DNA of 64,000 nt, from the NCBI GenBank assembly GCA_012719545.1, contig JAAYAD010000030.1, forward strand, positions 7,541-71,540, in the 5' to 3' direction. The notes under the pieces are model-generated. The model ran no database searches. It was not told where the DNA came from and saw only the letters and a list, made by a program, of their open reading frames with translations. Positions 48,384 through 57,335 of this stretch are shown here, in pieces (positions within the stretch are counted from its first letter, which is position 1; every line of letters starts with the position of its first letter). Made by a program: the position numbers and the translations under genes. The stretch comes from Clostridiaceae bacterium (lineage in GTDB: Bacteria; Bacillota; Clostridia; DSM-8532).

Positions 48384-48956
48384 TTACTCTCCTCCATTAA
48401 AAGAGCTTAAGTCTATGATGATTTTATCCCTGTCCATTGAAAAAGTATGGGACAGTTCATCCTTAATTGCTTCAATTGTGGAATTGTCAATGGTTTTCTG
48501 TCTGTTTTCCCTGCCCGGGGTCAATACAAGATACATAGCTCTAATCATTCCGAAGTTTTCCTTGCTTTGATCTTCATAAAATACTGCATCCACGCTTTTC
48601 ACCAAAAAATCTCCCTCTCCTAGAAACCTTCCTTTTATATCAGCAATAATGGATTGTCTGTATACTTCAAGCAAATGCTTTTTATCTTCTTCCTGCAATT
48701 CTTCTATTCTTTTCTGAAGTTCACGGTCAGACAAGGTAACATAATCCTTCCATACCATGGTTTCCAACTTAAAACCGCTGTTTATGATGTTAATAAATGG
48801 CATGGCTATGGCAACTGTAACTGCAAGGCCGCAAACAAGCTGTACATACTTGTTGAATTTTCCCTGAGGGGCAAAAGCCTCTACAATGGTACATATAATT
48901 GACACTGAAACAAGTGTTATAACCCATGAGCGTATCCCATCCACCTTATCTTTCAC
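48384..48956 (-). CDS. spoIIIAF: Stage III sporulation protein AF
   Basis: Two N-terminal TM segments (IRSWVITLVSVSIICTIVEAFAP...YVQLVCGL). Size and position match SpoIIIAF. Confidence 0.85.
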   Translation of the reverse strand: MKDKVDGIRSWVITLVSVSIICTIVEAFAPQGKFNKYVQLVCGLAVTVAIAMPFINIINSGFKLETMVWKDYVTLSDRELQKRIEELQEEDKKHLLEVYRQSIIADIKGRFLGEGDFLVKSVDAVFYEDQSKENFGMIRAMYLVLTPGRENRQKTIDNSTIEAIKDELSHTFSMDRDKIIIDLSSFNGGE

Positions 48957-48972
48957 CCCAGATTAATTCTTC

Positions 48973-50166
48973 TTATGTCAAAAGCCCGCCTGAATTCATA
49001 AGGGTTCCTGTCAAAAGTATCAGAACAAACATTGAAGCGCCCATTATGCCGATGATTACAGAAATACATCCAGAGGCATCCTCAAGGGCATCCGTTATGT
49101 TTTCGTCACAGACAGGGGAGCCGAAGGCAGCGGCAATTCTTATTACCAGCATTACTGCGAATACTTTTACCAAGGGAGCAAGAAAAATAAGTCCGAGAGC
49201 AATAACTGTCAGTATGCCGGCAGCATTCCTTACCGCAGATGCGCACAGTAGTATGGTATCTGCTGCATCGGACATATATTTGCCGGCAACGGGTATAAAG
49301 GTGCCTATGGCAAATTTGGCAGTTTTGAGTGTCACCGCGTCAACTGAAGCACTTGCAAGCTTCTGTATGGACACAGCAACGGAAAACACAAGAGTAATTA
49401 CCCCCGTCATCCATACAGAGCAGCTTTTAAAAAGCTTGGCCAGTTTTTTAAGCGAAAAACGCTCCGATATTGAATCTATAAGGAATAAAACGCCTGCCGT
49501 TACAGCCATGGGCAGAAGAAAATCCTTTAAAATCTGACATGCTATATTAACACCAACCAACATCAGTGGCTGGATTGCCGCAACTGATACAATCTGGCCT
49601 GAAGCCGCCATTAACGCATAAATAGCGGGTATGGCGACAGATGCAATGTTCTGCATGGTGTCAATTGCGTAAGTGGCAATTTTAACCACACTCCCAAAGG
49701 CTACTGAGGCAGTTAAAACAATTATTCCGTTTATTCCAAGTTTGGCAGCTTCATATGCCATCCCCTCGCTTAAAGGCTGCAGGGCACGTATTAAAGCCCC
49801 CAAAAGCATTATGGCCATAATCTGAAGGGCAAGGCCTATATTTGCCTTTATCTCTTTGCCGAATAGCGACATAAAGAGCCTGGGTATGCCTTTGAGGTTG
49901 TCCATAGGCTTGCCTTTCAGGGTATTTTCCAGTATTTCGTCGGAGTTAAATTCATAGGCATTATAGATTTTTTCCTTTCTTATTGCCTTGTCAAAGGCAT
50001 CCTTTATGGACTTTATTTCATCGGTTCTAAGTTTTTCATCAATAATATGCCTTTCTATGCCTGAAGCATCCTGTAAGCTCCGGGCTTCGGATCTGACAGC
50101 GGTCAAAACAAGCATACATGCCAATATCAAAAGAAAATGAAGTATTCTTGCAAATTTTAAAGCCAA
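48973..50166 (-). CDS. spoIIIAE: Stage III sporulation protein AE
   Basis: Signal sequence plus about 8 TM segments, 397 aa. Order AD-AE-AF. Confidence 0.9.
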   Translation of the reverse strand: MALKFARILHFLLILACMLVLTAVRSEARSLQDASGIERHIIDEKLRTDEIKSIKDAFDKAIRKEKIYNAYEFNSDEILENTLKGKPMDNLKGIPRLFMSLFGKEIKANIGLALQIMAIMLLGALIRALQPLSEGMAYEAAKLGINGIIVLTASVAFGSVVKIATYAIDTMQNIASVAIPAIYALMAASGQIVSVAAIQPLMLVGVNIACQILKDFLLPMAVTAGVLFLIDSISERFSLKKLAKLFKSCSVWMTGVITLVFSVAVSIQKLASASVDAVTLKTAKFAIGTFIPVAGKYMSDAADTILLCASAVRNAAGILTVIALGLIFLAPLVKVFAVMLVIRIAAAFGSPVCDENITDALEDASGCISVIIGIMGASMFVLILLTGTLMNSGGLLT

Positions 50167-50211
50167 TTCTTTGTCACATCCTTTACCCGACAGACTTTTG
50201 AAAAAACGTCA

Positions 50212-50613
50212 TTATATAATGGTTGAAATGATGCGTATTAAGGATGTGGCAATGGGCACAGCAACCACCAGCATCATGATTTTTCCTACAATTTCGACCC
50301 TTGATGCAATGGCATTCTGTCCCACATCCTTGCACGTATCAACTGCAAACTGTGCTATGTACGCCATACCAGTTACTTTGAGCACGGGAACGAGGAGTTT
50401 TGAATCAATGCCTGCCTGCCCAATGATATTCTCAAGCAATCCAATTATTGCCCCTGCCTTGCCGAAAGCCACAATAAGCGCCATAATACCAAAGGCAGCG
50501 CTTATCAGCATTCCCAGTTCGGGTTGCTTTTGGGAAACCACAACGGCCATAACCGCTGTTACTATTCCTATGGCAGCAATTCTAATGAGCTCAGCTTCCA
50601 TATTGCACCTCAA
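50212..50613 (-). CDS. spoIIIAD: Stage III sporulation protein AD
   Basis: About 130-aa polytopic protein (IAAIGIVTAVMAVVV...). The probable start is the MEAELI ATG at 50601. Confidence 0.9.
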   Translation of the reverse strand: MRCNMEAELIRIAAIGIVTAVMAVVVSQKQPELGMLISAAFGIMALIVAFGKAGAIIGLLENIIGQAGIDSKLLVPVLKVTGMAYIAQFAVDTCKDVGQNAIASRVEIVGKIMMLVVAVPIATSLIRIISTII

Positions 50614-50633
50614 GAATTTGTTTTTGCTCAGAA

Positions 50634-50828
50634 TTAAAAGCCAAACAGAGCTTTAACGGTATCGAAAAGCTTTACTATTTCTCTGACAACCATAAGCAGC
50701 ACCACAACCACTCCGGCAATGGTGGTCAGCATTGCCATTTCATCACGGTTGGACTGCTTAAGCACAATATTCAGTATTGAGACAAGAATACCAATGGCCG
50801 CAATTCTGAAAATCAAATCCACATTCAT
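50634..50828 (-). CDS. spoIIIAC: Stage III sporulation protein AC
   Basis: 64-aa two-TM protein (IFRIAAIGILVSILNIVLKQSNRDEMA), typical of SpoIIIAC. Confidence 0.9.
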   Translation of the reverse strand: MNVDLIFRIAAIGILVSILNIVLKQSNRDEMAMLTTIAGVVVVLLMVVREIVKLFDTVKALFGF

Positions 50829-50841
50829 GATTTTCTTCCCC

Positions 50842-51387
50842 TCATATCAACAGAATTACCATTGCTGCGCCGGTCAACGCGCCCATGTTTCTGTAAAGCT
50901 TGCCCTTGGTCTCCAGGGCTTCTTTTGCCTTCGTGGCTAAGGTTGCCAGCTTTTCCTTTTCCAGGTCAAGAACTGATTCCTGATTATGCCTGTCCGATTT
51001 GCCCAGCATTTCCCCTAAATCCATGAGGACGTCAAAATCGCTTTCCTCCAGGGGCAGCATGTCCTTGTTCTGAATGAGCGCTTTTTTCCATGCCTCCCCG
51101 GCATCAATACGCTCTTCTTTCATATTTTTGCTGCAGGTTAAAAATACATGTGCCCACACACCTTCTGCCTGCATTCTTCCGATATTTTCAAAAGCTGTGG
51201 AAAGAGGTATTCCTAACCCGCATATCTGGCTTTTAAGGTTTACAAGTATTTCAATAAGTTTGGCAAGTGCACGCTGCCTCGCTGCCAGCCTGTTTGAAAG
51301 ACTTAACCCCAGACTCGTGCATCCTGCAAAAATCATTGCCAGGCCCAGCATTTTGGACCAAAAAATCAAGTTGGTTCCCATCGGCAT
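50842..51387 (-). CDS. spoIIIAB: Stage III sporulation protein AB
   Basis: MLGLAMIFAGCTSLGLSLSNRLAARQRAL...L.SQI resembles the SpoIIIAB N-terminus, with a C-terminal TM. The start is uncertain (51387, 51381 or 51351), and all three options overlap spoIIIAA. Confidence 0.85.
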   Translation of the reverse strand: MPMGTNLIFWSKMLGLAMIFAGCTSLGLSLSNRLAARQRALAKLIEILVNLKSQICGLGIPLSTAFENIGRMQAEGVWAHVFLTCSKNMKEERIDAGEAWKKALIQNKDMLPLEESDFDVLMDLGEMLGKSDRHNQESVLDLEKEKLATLATKAKEALETKGKLYRNMGALTGAAMVILLI

Positions 51388-52324
51388 CCATCACCCTTGC
51401 CCATCTTTTTCCGTTGTTTATTCCCAATATAATTATCCTTTCGAAGCCATCTTTTCCTGCCAGCTGACCCACTCCAAGTCTTCCTTTAAAATCTTCCGGG
51501 CTGAATGCATGAGCAGTGGCAATAAGCCTTACTCCGGCGTTCCAGGCAAGTCTCACTGCCTGTGCATCCTTGGCTGACCCCAACTCGTCCACCACAATGA
51601 CATGGGGAGCCATGCCCCGAAGCACCATTTCTATACCTTCGCTCTTTCTGCAGCCATCAAGTACATCCGTTCTGGGTCCCAAATCATTCTGAGGGACTCC
51701 CCTGTAACTTGCCGCAAGTTCCGACCTCTCGTCTATAACCGCCGTTCTGAGACCTGAAAATCCGTGATTTCCCTGGCTTATAAGCCGGCAAAGATCCCTT
51801 AGAAGTGTTGTCTTGCCGCATCTTGGGGGAGAGAGAATCAAAGTGTTATATATGTCCCTTTGCCCGCGCACAACATATCCTATGATATTTGCGGCACAGC
51901 CTTTGTGCTGCCTTGAAAGCCTGATATTGATAGATGAGATGTCCCTCATTCCCTTTATCTGGTCACCGTCATATATTACGCTTCCGCAGATGCCTGCACG
52001 ATGTCCTCCCTTTAAAGTAACGAAACCTCTTTTTATGTCCTCCTGGTATGCATAGACAGAATGGTCGCAAATAAGATAAAACATGTCCATTAATTCCTGA
52101 CAAGTTACAATTAGTGCGTTATCCGCATGGTTACATAAGGACCCATCCATTCCTATAAATCTGTCAGTGTCTGAGAAGACTCCCATCAATGGCTGTTCCG
52201 CACGGATCCTTATCTCTTCCAGCTCATTTAGCTTGTCTCCAATTTTGTTAAGAGCGTTTTTAATCCTCTCAGGAAGATAAGCCGATATTAATTCATCAAT
52301 TTTGCGTGTTTCCAAAAGGCTCAT
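51251..52324 (-). CDS. spoIIIAA: Stage III sporulation protein AA (AAA+/T2SS-E-like ATPase)
   Basis: LEEIRIRAEQPL, GYVTLKGGHRAGI, Walker A SPPRCGKTTLLRDL, VIDERSEL, VVDELG. The start is taken at ATG 52324 (MSLLETRK), with TGGAGG 6 nt upstream. Confidence 0.9.
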   Translation of the reverse strand: MSLLETRKIDELISAYLPERIKNALNKIGDKLNELEEIRIRAEQPLMGVFSDTDRFIGMDGSLCNHADNALIVTCQELMDMFYLICDHSVYAYQEDIKRGFVTLKGGHRAGICGSVIYDGDQIKGMRDISSINIRLSRQHKGCAANIIGYVVRGQRDIYNTLILSPPRCGKTTLLRDLCRLISQGNHGFSGLRTAVIDERSELAASYRGVPQNDLGPRTDVLDGCRKSEGIEMVLRGMAPHVIVVDELGSAKDAQAVRLAWNAGVRLIATAHAFSPEDFKGRLGVGQLAGKDGFERIIILGINNGKRWARVMDADGNQLDFLVQNAGPGNDFCRMHESGVKSFKQAGSEAACTCQTY

Positions 52325-52353
52325 GGCATACCTCCATAATGCGGACATGCTTA

Positions 52354-52382
52354 TATGTATGCCTTTCCCACTGGCTATATGA
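52354..52382 (-). promoter_or_regulatory. SigmaE-type promoter candidate for the spoIIIA operon
   Basis: On the minus strand, TCATATA (52382-52376), 14 nt, then CATACATA (52361-52354). This resembles the mother-cell sigmaE consensus (kmATATT ... CATACAnT). It is consistent with spoIIIA being sigmaE-dependent in Bacillus. Confidence 0.5.
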
Positions 52383-52383
52383 A

Positions 52384-52422
52384 TAAAAAAAGACCAATCC
52401 CTGTTTTTCTTTGGGATTGGCC
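52384..52422 (-). terminator. Rho-independent terminator after the PrsA/SurA-like gene
   Basis: On the minus strand, GGCCAATCCC-aaagaaaaaca-GGGATTGGTC followed by T7. Confidence 0.75.
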
Positions 52423-52483
52423 TTTTACGTTATTTCCGGGCTTTACATTACTTTTTAATAAAGCTCATTAAGAATTACTTTAA

Positions 52484-53629
52484 TTATTTATAGGAAATAG
52501 AATCGTATACTCGACTGTTCTTTATGATATTGTACTTGGATTCGAGGCTCCAGCTGTTAAGAGCATCTTCATAGAACTTTTCTTTAGCCTCTTGTTCCAT
52601 GGTTGTTTTAATTTCATCCTTCAAATCTTCAAAATCAGTACGGTCTTCTATTTTAACAACATATATGGCGTATTCTGTTTCAATTATTTCCGAATCTCCG
52701 GGTTTATTGGAAAATACCCAGTCAATAAGATTCTTAAGGCTTGATGACTCACTGTAGCTTAAGGTTGCCTTTCCAATCTTATCGTCAGCTGAATTATCTG
52801 AATCATCAGAGGTATCATTGTCTGCATCCTCAGAATATTCTTTTATAAGCTTGTCAATATCCTCACCGGATTTTAGCTTGCTTAAAACTGTCTCAGCAGT
52901 CTTTCTCTTTTCATTTAATTGATCCTCGGTAAGATCGTTTCCATCGTCATCATGTTTATAGAATGAAACATAGCTTATATCCACATCGTCAAACTTCTTG
53001 GGATCCTTGTCGTAATATGCCTTTGCATCAGCTTCAGTTATTTCCTGTGCTACATAATTTTCTTTCATATATTTTTCTTTAAAGTCATCAATGAGAATCA
53101 GATTCTCATATATTTTCTGAAGTTCATTGGGAGTAATTCCGTATGCGCTCTTTACATAATTGTACAACTGCCTGTCGGTCAGAGAAGCCTTAAGTGTAGC
53201 CAAATAAGCCTCTGCCTGACTTTTTATCTCGGAATTAACTTTAAGCCCCATTTCCTGGGCTTTGATAAGCTGAATCATATATTCCTTTGAGAAATCAAGA
53301 GCTTTACTTTTTGCATTTTCCCACGGATCCTGCCCGTCAACCGGGGTTGTCCAGTACTCCTTTTTCTCCTGATCTGTAGAAAGCTCTTCCAAATATTCAA
53401 TATAGGTTACCTGCTGATTTAAAAAGAATTGGAACTCGGATCTTGAGATTCTGTTACCGTCAACAGTAGCCACATAACTTGAGGAATCGGCAATATAATA
53501 TACTACGGCTGCAATAAGAATAACAACAATTATAGAAATCATTTTAATCCTGTTGATTTCTTTTGTTGTCATTATCAGCTTTTTCTTGGGTTTAACCCTC
53601 TTACGGTTATTCAGAGATTTTTCATTCAT
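52484..53629 (-). CDS. PrsA/SurA-like foldase (SurA N-terminal domain; parvulin-like C-terminal part, poorly conserved)
   Basis: N-terminal signal anchor and a SurA_N-like region (VATVDGNRISRSEFQFF). Position between mfd and the sporulation genes is common in Clostridia. The start is taken at ATG 53629 (MNEKSL). The rotamase motifs are not clearly recognisable. Confidence 0.6.
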   Translation of the reverse strand: MNEKSLNNRKRVKPKKKLIMTTKEINRIKMISIIVVILIAAVVYYIADSSSYVATVDGNRISRSEFQFFLNQQVTYIEYLEELSTDQEKKEYWTTPVDGQDPWENAKSKALDFSKEYMIQLIKAQEMGLKVNSEIKSQAEAYLATLKASLTDRQLYNYVKSAYGITPNELQKIYENLILIDDFKEKYMKENYVAQEITEADAKAYYDKDPKKFDDVDISYVSFYKHDDDGNDLTEDQLNEKRKTAETVLSKLKSGEDIDKLIKEYSEDADNDTSDDSDNSADDKIGKATLSYSESSSLKNLIDWVFSNKPGDSEIIETEYAIYVVKIEDRTDFEDLKDEIKTTMEQEAKEKFYEDALNSWSLESKYNIIKNSRVYDSISYK

Positions 53630-53696
53630 ATTTTCCACCCTTTTAACAAGACAATAAAAAATACCCATAATGGGCTATATTCAATATTATAATAAA

Positions 53697-56600
53697 TCAA
53701 GGCTCCAACTTCAATTTTTGCAGGTCCTGTAATAGAATCTTAATATTGCTTATAACATTGAGGGGTTTTTCATTCTTTGTACGTAAAGAAAGATAAGGCT
53801 GTTTACCTGCACTGAACATTAATTTACCCCTCCACTTGCTCATTAATTCACCTATTTTATTTAAAGGAATAGATTCCTGATCGGCAAAAATGAGCATTAC
53901 TGTTTCTTCTCTTTCCTTTATGGCTGAGAATCCAAGCTTTCCTGCCAGATTCTTGATATACGCAATTTCAATCAAAAGCAATACCTCTTCTGGAATATCT
54001 CCGAATCTGTCTATAAGCTCATCCTTAATATCCAGTATTTCCTCCTCGGTTTCTATTGCCGATATGGTCCTGTACATATCAATTCTTTGAGCCTCATCCT
54101 GGATATATGATGTATCAATATATGCATTTGCCTTAAACTCAATGGCAGTATCGATAACTCTGTCTGAAACATGTTCTCCCTTAAGCTCTGACACTGCTTC
54201 ATCCAGAAGCTTAAGATACATGTCGTAACCTACCGACTCCATATGGCCGTGCTGTTCAGGACCTAAAAGATTACCTGCGCCTCTTATCTGCAGATCCCTC
54301 ATGGCGATTTTAAATCCTGAGCCGAATTCGGTAAACTCCTTGATGGCCTTAAGCCTTTTTTCCGCAATTTCATTCAGCACTTTATCCTTTTTATAGGTAA
54401 GGTAAGCATAGGCCAAACGGTTGGAACGGCCTACCCTTCCCCTTAGCTGGTACAGCTGAGCAAGACCCAACCGGTCCGCATCCTCCACAATAATGGTGTT
54501 TACATTGGGCATGTCAATTCCAGATTCAATTATGGTGGTGCATACCAATACATCAAACTCACGATCGGCAAAAGCCTGCATAATCTGTTCCAGTTCCCGT
54601 TCGCTCATCTGACCGTGAGCATATCCAACCCTTGCCTCAGGAACGAGGTTCTGGATCTGCATCATTTTTGTCTGTATTCCTTTCACCCTGTTATACAGAT
54701 AGAAAACCTGGCCGCCTCTTGAAAGCTCTCTGTGAATTGCGTCCCTTATTATATCATCCCTGAACTCCAACACATAGGTCTGCACAGGATAGCGGTTTTC
54801 AGGAGGTTCTTCCAGTATGCTTATATCCCTTATTCCTGAAAGGGACATATTAAGGGTTCTTGGAATGGGCGTAGCCGAAAGAGTCAGAATATCCACCTTG
54901 GGGTATCTTACCTTGATTGTCTCCTTATGTTCCACACCAAAACGCTGTTCCTCGTCAATTACAAGAAGTCCCAAATCCTTAAATTTCACAGACTCGGACA
55001 GCATCATGTGAGTTCCTATCAAAACGTCTATTTTGCCGGCTTTAAGATCTCTGATAATGGCCTTTTGCTCCGAATCGGTCTTAAAGCGGCTGAGCATCTC
55101 AACCCTCACGGGAAATCCTGAGAACCTTGCCTTGAAATTCTCAAAATGCTGGGATGCAAGAACCGTTGTGGGAACCAGGAAGGCAGCCTGTTTTCCGTCC
55201 ATTAGAGCTTTAAATACTGCCCTCAGGGCGACCTCGGTTTTTCCGTATCCCACATCACCGCACAAAAGCCTGTCCATAACGGTTTCCGATTCCATATCCC
55301 TCTTTATTTCCTCTATGCATTTTAACTGATCGGGTGTCTCCTCATAGGGAAAAGCATCCTCAAACTGCTTCTGCCATACGGTATCAGGCGAGAAAGCGTG
55401 TCCCTTCATGCTCTGTCTTTCTGCCTGAATGCGAATCAGGTTTTCAGCAAGTTCCCTTAAGGATTCCTTAACCCTGGTCTTTGTTTTGACCCATTCGGTT
55501 CCGCCAAGCTTATGAAGGCGCGGCTCCCTTCCTTCAGAGCCTATATACTTTTGTATGAGGTCCATGTTTGTTGTGGGAATATACAGGACTCCTCCGTCTT
55601 TATAGGAAATTTTTAGGTAATCCTTCCTTACGCCTTCTACCAAAAGCTGTTCAATTCCGTTATATATACCTATTCCGTGAGCCTGATGAACCACATAATC
55701 CCCGGGCTTTAAATCCGTAAAGGAGGAAATTCTCTTTCCCTTCTCATATGTTTTCCGCCTGCGCTTTTGGGCGTGGGCAGCCATAATATCGCTCTCTGGA
55801 AGTACCGCTATTTTTTCGTCCTTATATATAAACCCGGTTTTTAGAGTTCCTTCCTCCACAAGTACAGGAATTCCCTTTGGCCAGGGCTGCCCGGCATTTA
55901 CAGTGGCAGCCGGTATATCCTTGCTTCTTATCTCCTCTAAGAATCTTTCTATGCGATCTTTAGATGAACAGAGGACCAGAATTCTGTAATTCTCGTCAAT
56001 AAATTCTTTTATATCCTCGGTCAATAAATCCAGCCTTCCATTATAGGGGGTAATGCTGGAGCCATTTATATTAAACTTGACGGCCTTTTTTCCTGTTATT
56101 GATGTGCCCTCATCCAAAGGCTGCAGCGTAACAATGGAATTGTTTTTGGCTTTATCCACAAGGGTGTCCAGGTCATGGAGCATATAAAAGGTCTCCTTAA
56201 GTATGTTTCCCTTTTCAAGGAGCATCTCGCAGAGGTTATTGAGCTCCTCCTGGACATTTTCAGTTCTTTCAAGGCATTTTTCGGCATCCTCAAAAAAGAC
56301 CACATGATCTCCTTTGATGTAGTCAAATAAAGTTGCCTTTTCTTCTATGAGATATGGAATAAACTTATCAACCCCGGTAAAATAATGGCTGTCCTGAAGT
56401 TTGTCTATATAGCCTGAAATATTCTTTTTAAGCAGATCTCCAATTTCAGGCGGAACAGATGCCACAGTATCTTTAAGGGCATTATTTATTCTTCGGGCAA
56501 TTTGAGGTATTTCATCCGACGAATAGACAATTTCTCTGGCAGGATATATTTCAAGAACATCGCAGGGAGCCACAGAACGCTGATTTTCAGGAGAGAACCA

Positions 56601-57209
56601 GCGCATGGAATCCACTTCTATGTCAAAGAATTCTATTCGGCATGGAAGCTCGGCATTAACCGGATAAACATCCAAAATTCCTCCGCGCTTTGCGTATTGT
56701 CCCCTGCCTTCAGCCTGCTCCTCACGCTGATATCCCATTTCCAAAAGCTTTCTCTCAAGCTCATCGCTTTCAAGCATAAGACCTGGCTTAATAGTAACGA
56801 GCCTTTCTTTGAAAGCCTGAGGCGGCATCAGAAAATGCATAAGGGCCTCGGCAGAGGTTACTATAAATTTATACTGTCCTTCAAGAACCTTCACAAGCGT
56901 CGATATTCTTTCATAGGTCTGTTCAAAGCTTCGGGCTTCCACATCATAAAGCATAATTTCCCTGTTTGGAAGCAGAAGAGCATTACCGTCGGTAAGATAG
57001 GACAGATCTGCATATGCCTGTTTTGCCTGCATTTCATTCCAGGCGACATAAATCCCTTTCAAGGCTGAAAGTTCAGATATAACATGAGCAAGATGCCGTT
57101 TCTGGGAATCTGCTGCCCCCATTATAACAGTATCTGTTTTACTCTTTATTCCCTGAACAATCTGTTTAATATTTTTGGAATCGTTAAGGATGGTTGAGAT
57201 ATGTTTCAT
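53697..57209 (-). CDS. mfd: Transcription-repair coupling factor Mfd
   Basis: 1170 aa. UvrB-homology N-terminus, CarD/RNAP-interaction domain (GDYVVHQAHGIG), and superfamily 2 helicase motifs (GDVGYGKTEVA, DEEQRFGV, QLRGRVGR). Confidence 0.96.
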   Translation of the reverse strand: MKHISTILNDSKNIKQIVQGIKSKTDTVIMGAADSQKRHLAHVISELSALKGIYVAWNEMQAKQAYADLSYLTDGNALLLPNREIMLYDVEARSFEQTYERISTLVKVLEGQYKFIVTSAEALMHFLMPPQAFKERLVTIKPGLMLESDELERKLLEMGYQREEQAEGRGQYAKRGGILDVYPVNAELPCRIEFFDIEVDSMRWFSPENQRSVAPCDVLEIYPAREIVYSSDEIPQIARRINNALKDTVASVPPEIGDLLKKNISGYIDKLQDSHYFTGVDKFIPYLIEEKATLFDYIKGDHVVFFEDAEKCLERTENVQEELNNLCEMLLEKGNILKETFYMLHDLDTLVDKAKNNSIVTLQPLDEGTSITGKKAVKFNINGSSITPYNGRLDLLTEDIKEFIDENYRILVLCSSKDRIERFLEEIRSKDIPAATVNAGQPWPKGIPVLVEEGTLKTGFIYKDEKIAVLPESDIMAAHAQKRRRKTYEKGKRISSFTDLKPGDYVVHQAHGIGIYNGIEQLLVEGVRKDYLKISYKDGGVLYIPTTNMDLIQKYIGSEGREPRLHKLGGTEWVKTKTRVKESLRELAENLIRIQAERQSMKGHAFSPDTVWQKQFEDAFPYEETPDQLKCIEEIKRDMESETVMDRLLCGDVGYGKTEVALRAVFKALMDGKQAAFLVPTTVLASQHFENFKARFSGFPVRVEMLSRFKTDSEQKAIIRDLKAGKIDVLIGTHMMLSESVKFKDLGLLVIDEEQRFGVEHKETIKVRYPKVDILTLSATPIPRTLNMSLSGIRDISILEEPPENRYPVQTYVLEFRDDIIRDAIHRELSRGGQVFYLYNRVKGIQTKMMQIQNLVPEARVGYAHGQMSERELEQIMQAFADREFDVLVCTTIIESGIDMPNVNTIIVEDADRLGLAQLYQLRGRVGRSNRLAYAYLTYKKDKVLNEIAEKRLKAIKEFTEFGSGFKIAMRDLQIRGAGNLLGPEQHGHMESVGYDMYLKLLDEAVSELKGEHVSDRVIDTAIEFKANAYIDTSYIQDEAQRIDMYRTISAIETEEEILDIKDELIDRFGDIPEEVLLLIEIAYIKNLAGKLGFSAIKEREETVMLIFADQESIPLNKIGELMSKWRGKLMFSAGKQPYLSLRTKNEKPLNVISNIKILLQDLQKLKLEP

Positions 57210-57263
57210 GTTTTCCCCTTTATAAATTGCACCCGGTTAGTATATTTAAGCGCATAAAACATA

Positions 57264-57317
57264 ATATGGATACTATATCCATATGGATAATATATATTTA
57301 TCGCCCTTTTATTTCAA
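57264..57317 (-). promoter_or_regulatory. SigmaA-type promoter candidate for mfd, overlapped by nested ATATGGATA/TATCCATAT palindromes
   Basis: On the minus strand, TTGAAA (57317-57312), 17 nt, then TATATT (57294-57289). Immediately downstream lie the 14-bp perfect palindrome TATCCATATGGATA (57276-57289) and another ATATGGATA copy (57264-57272). Confidence 0.5.
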
Positions 57318-57335
57318 GGTATTGCTGGTTTATGG

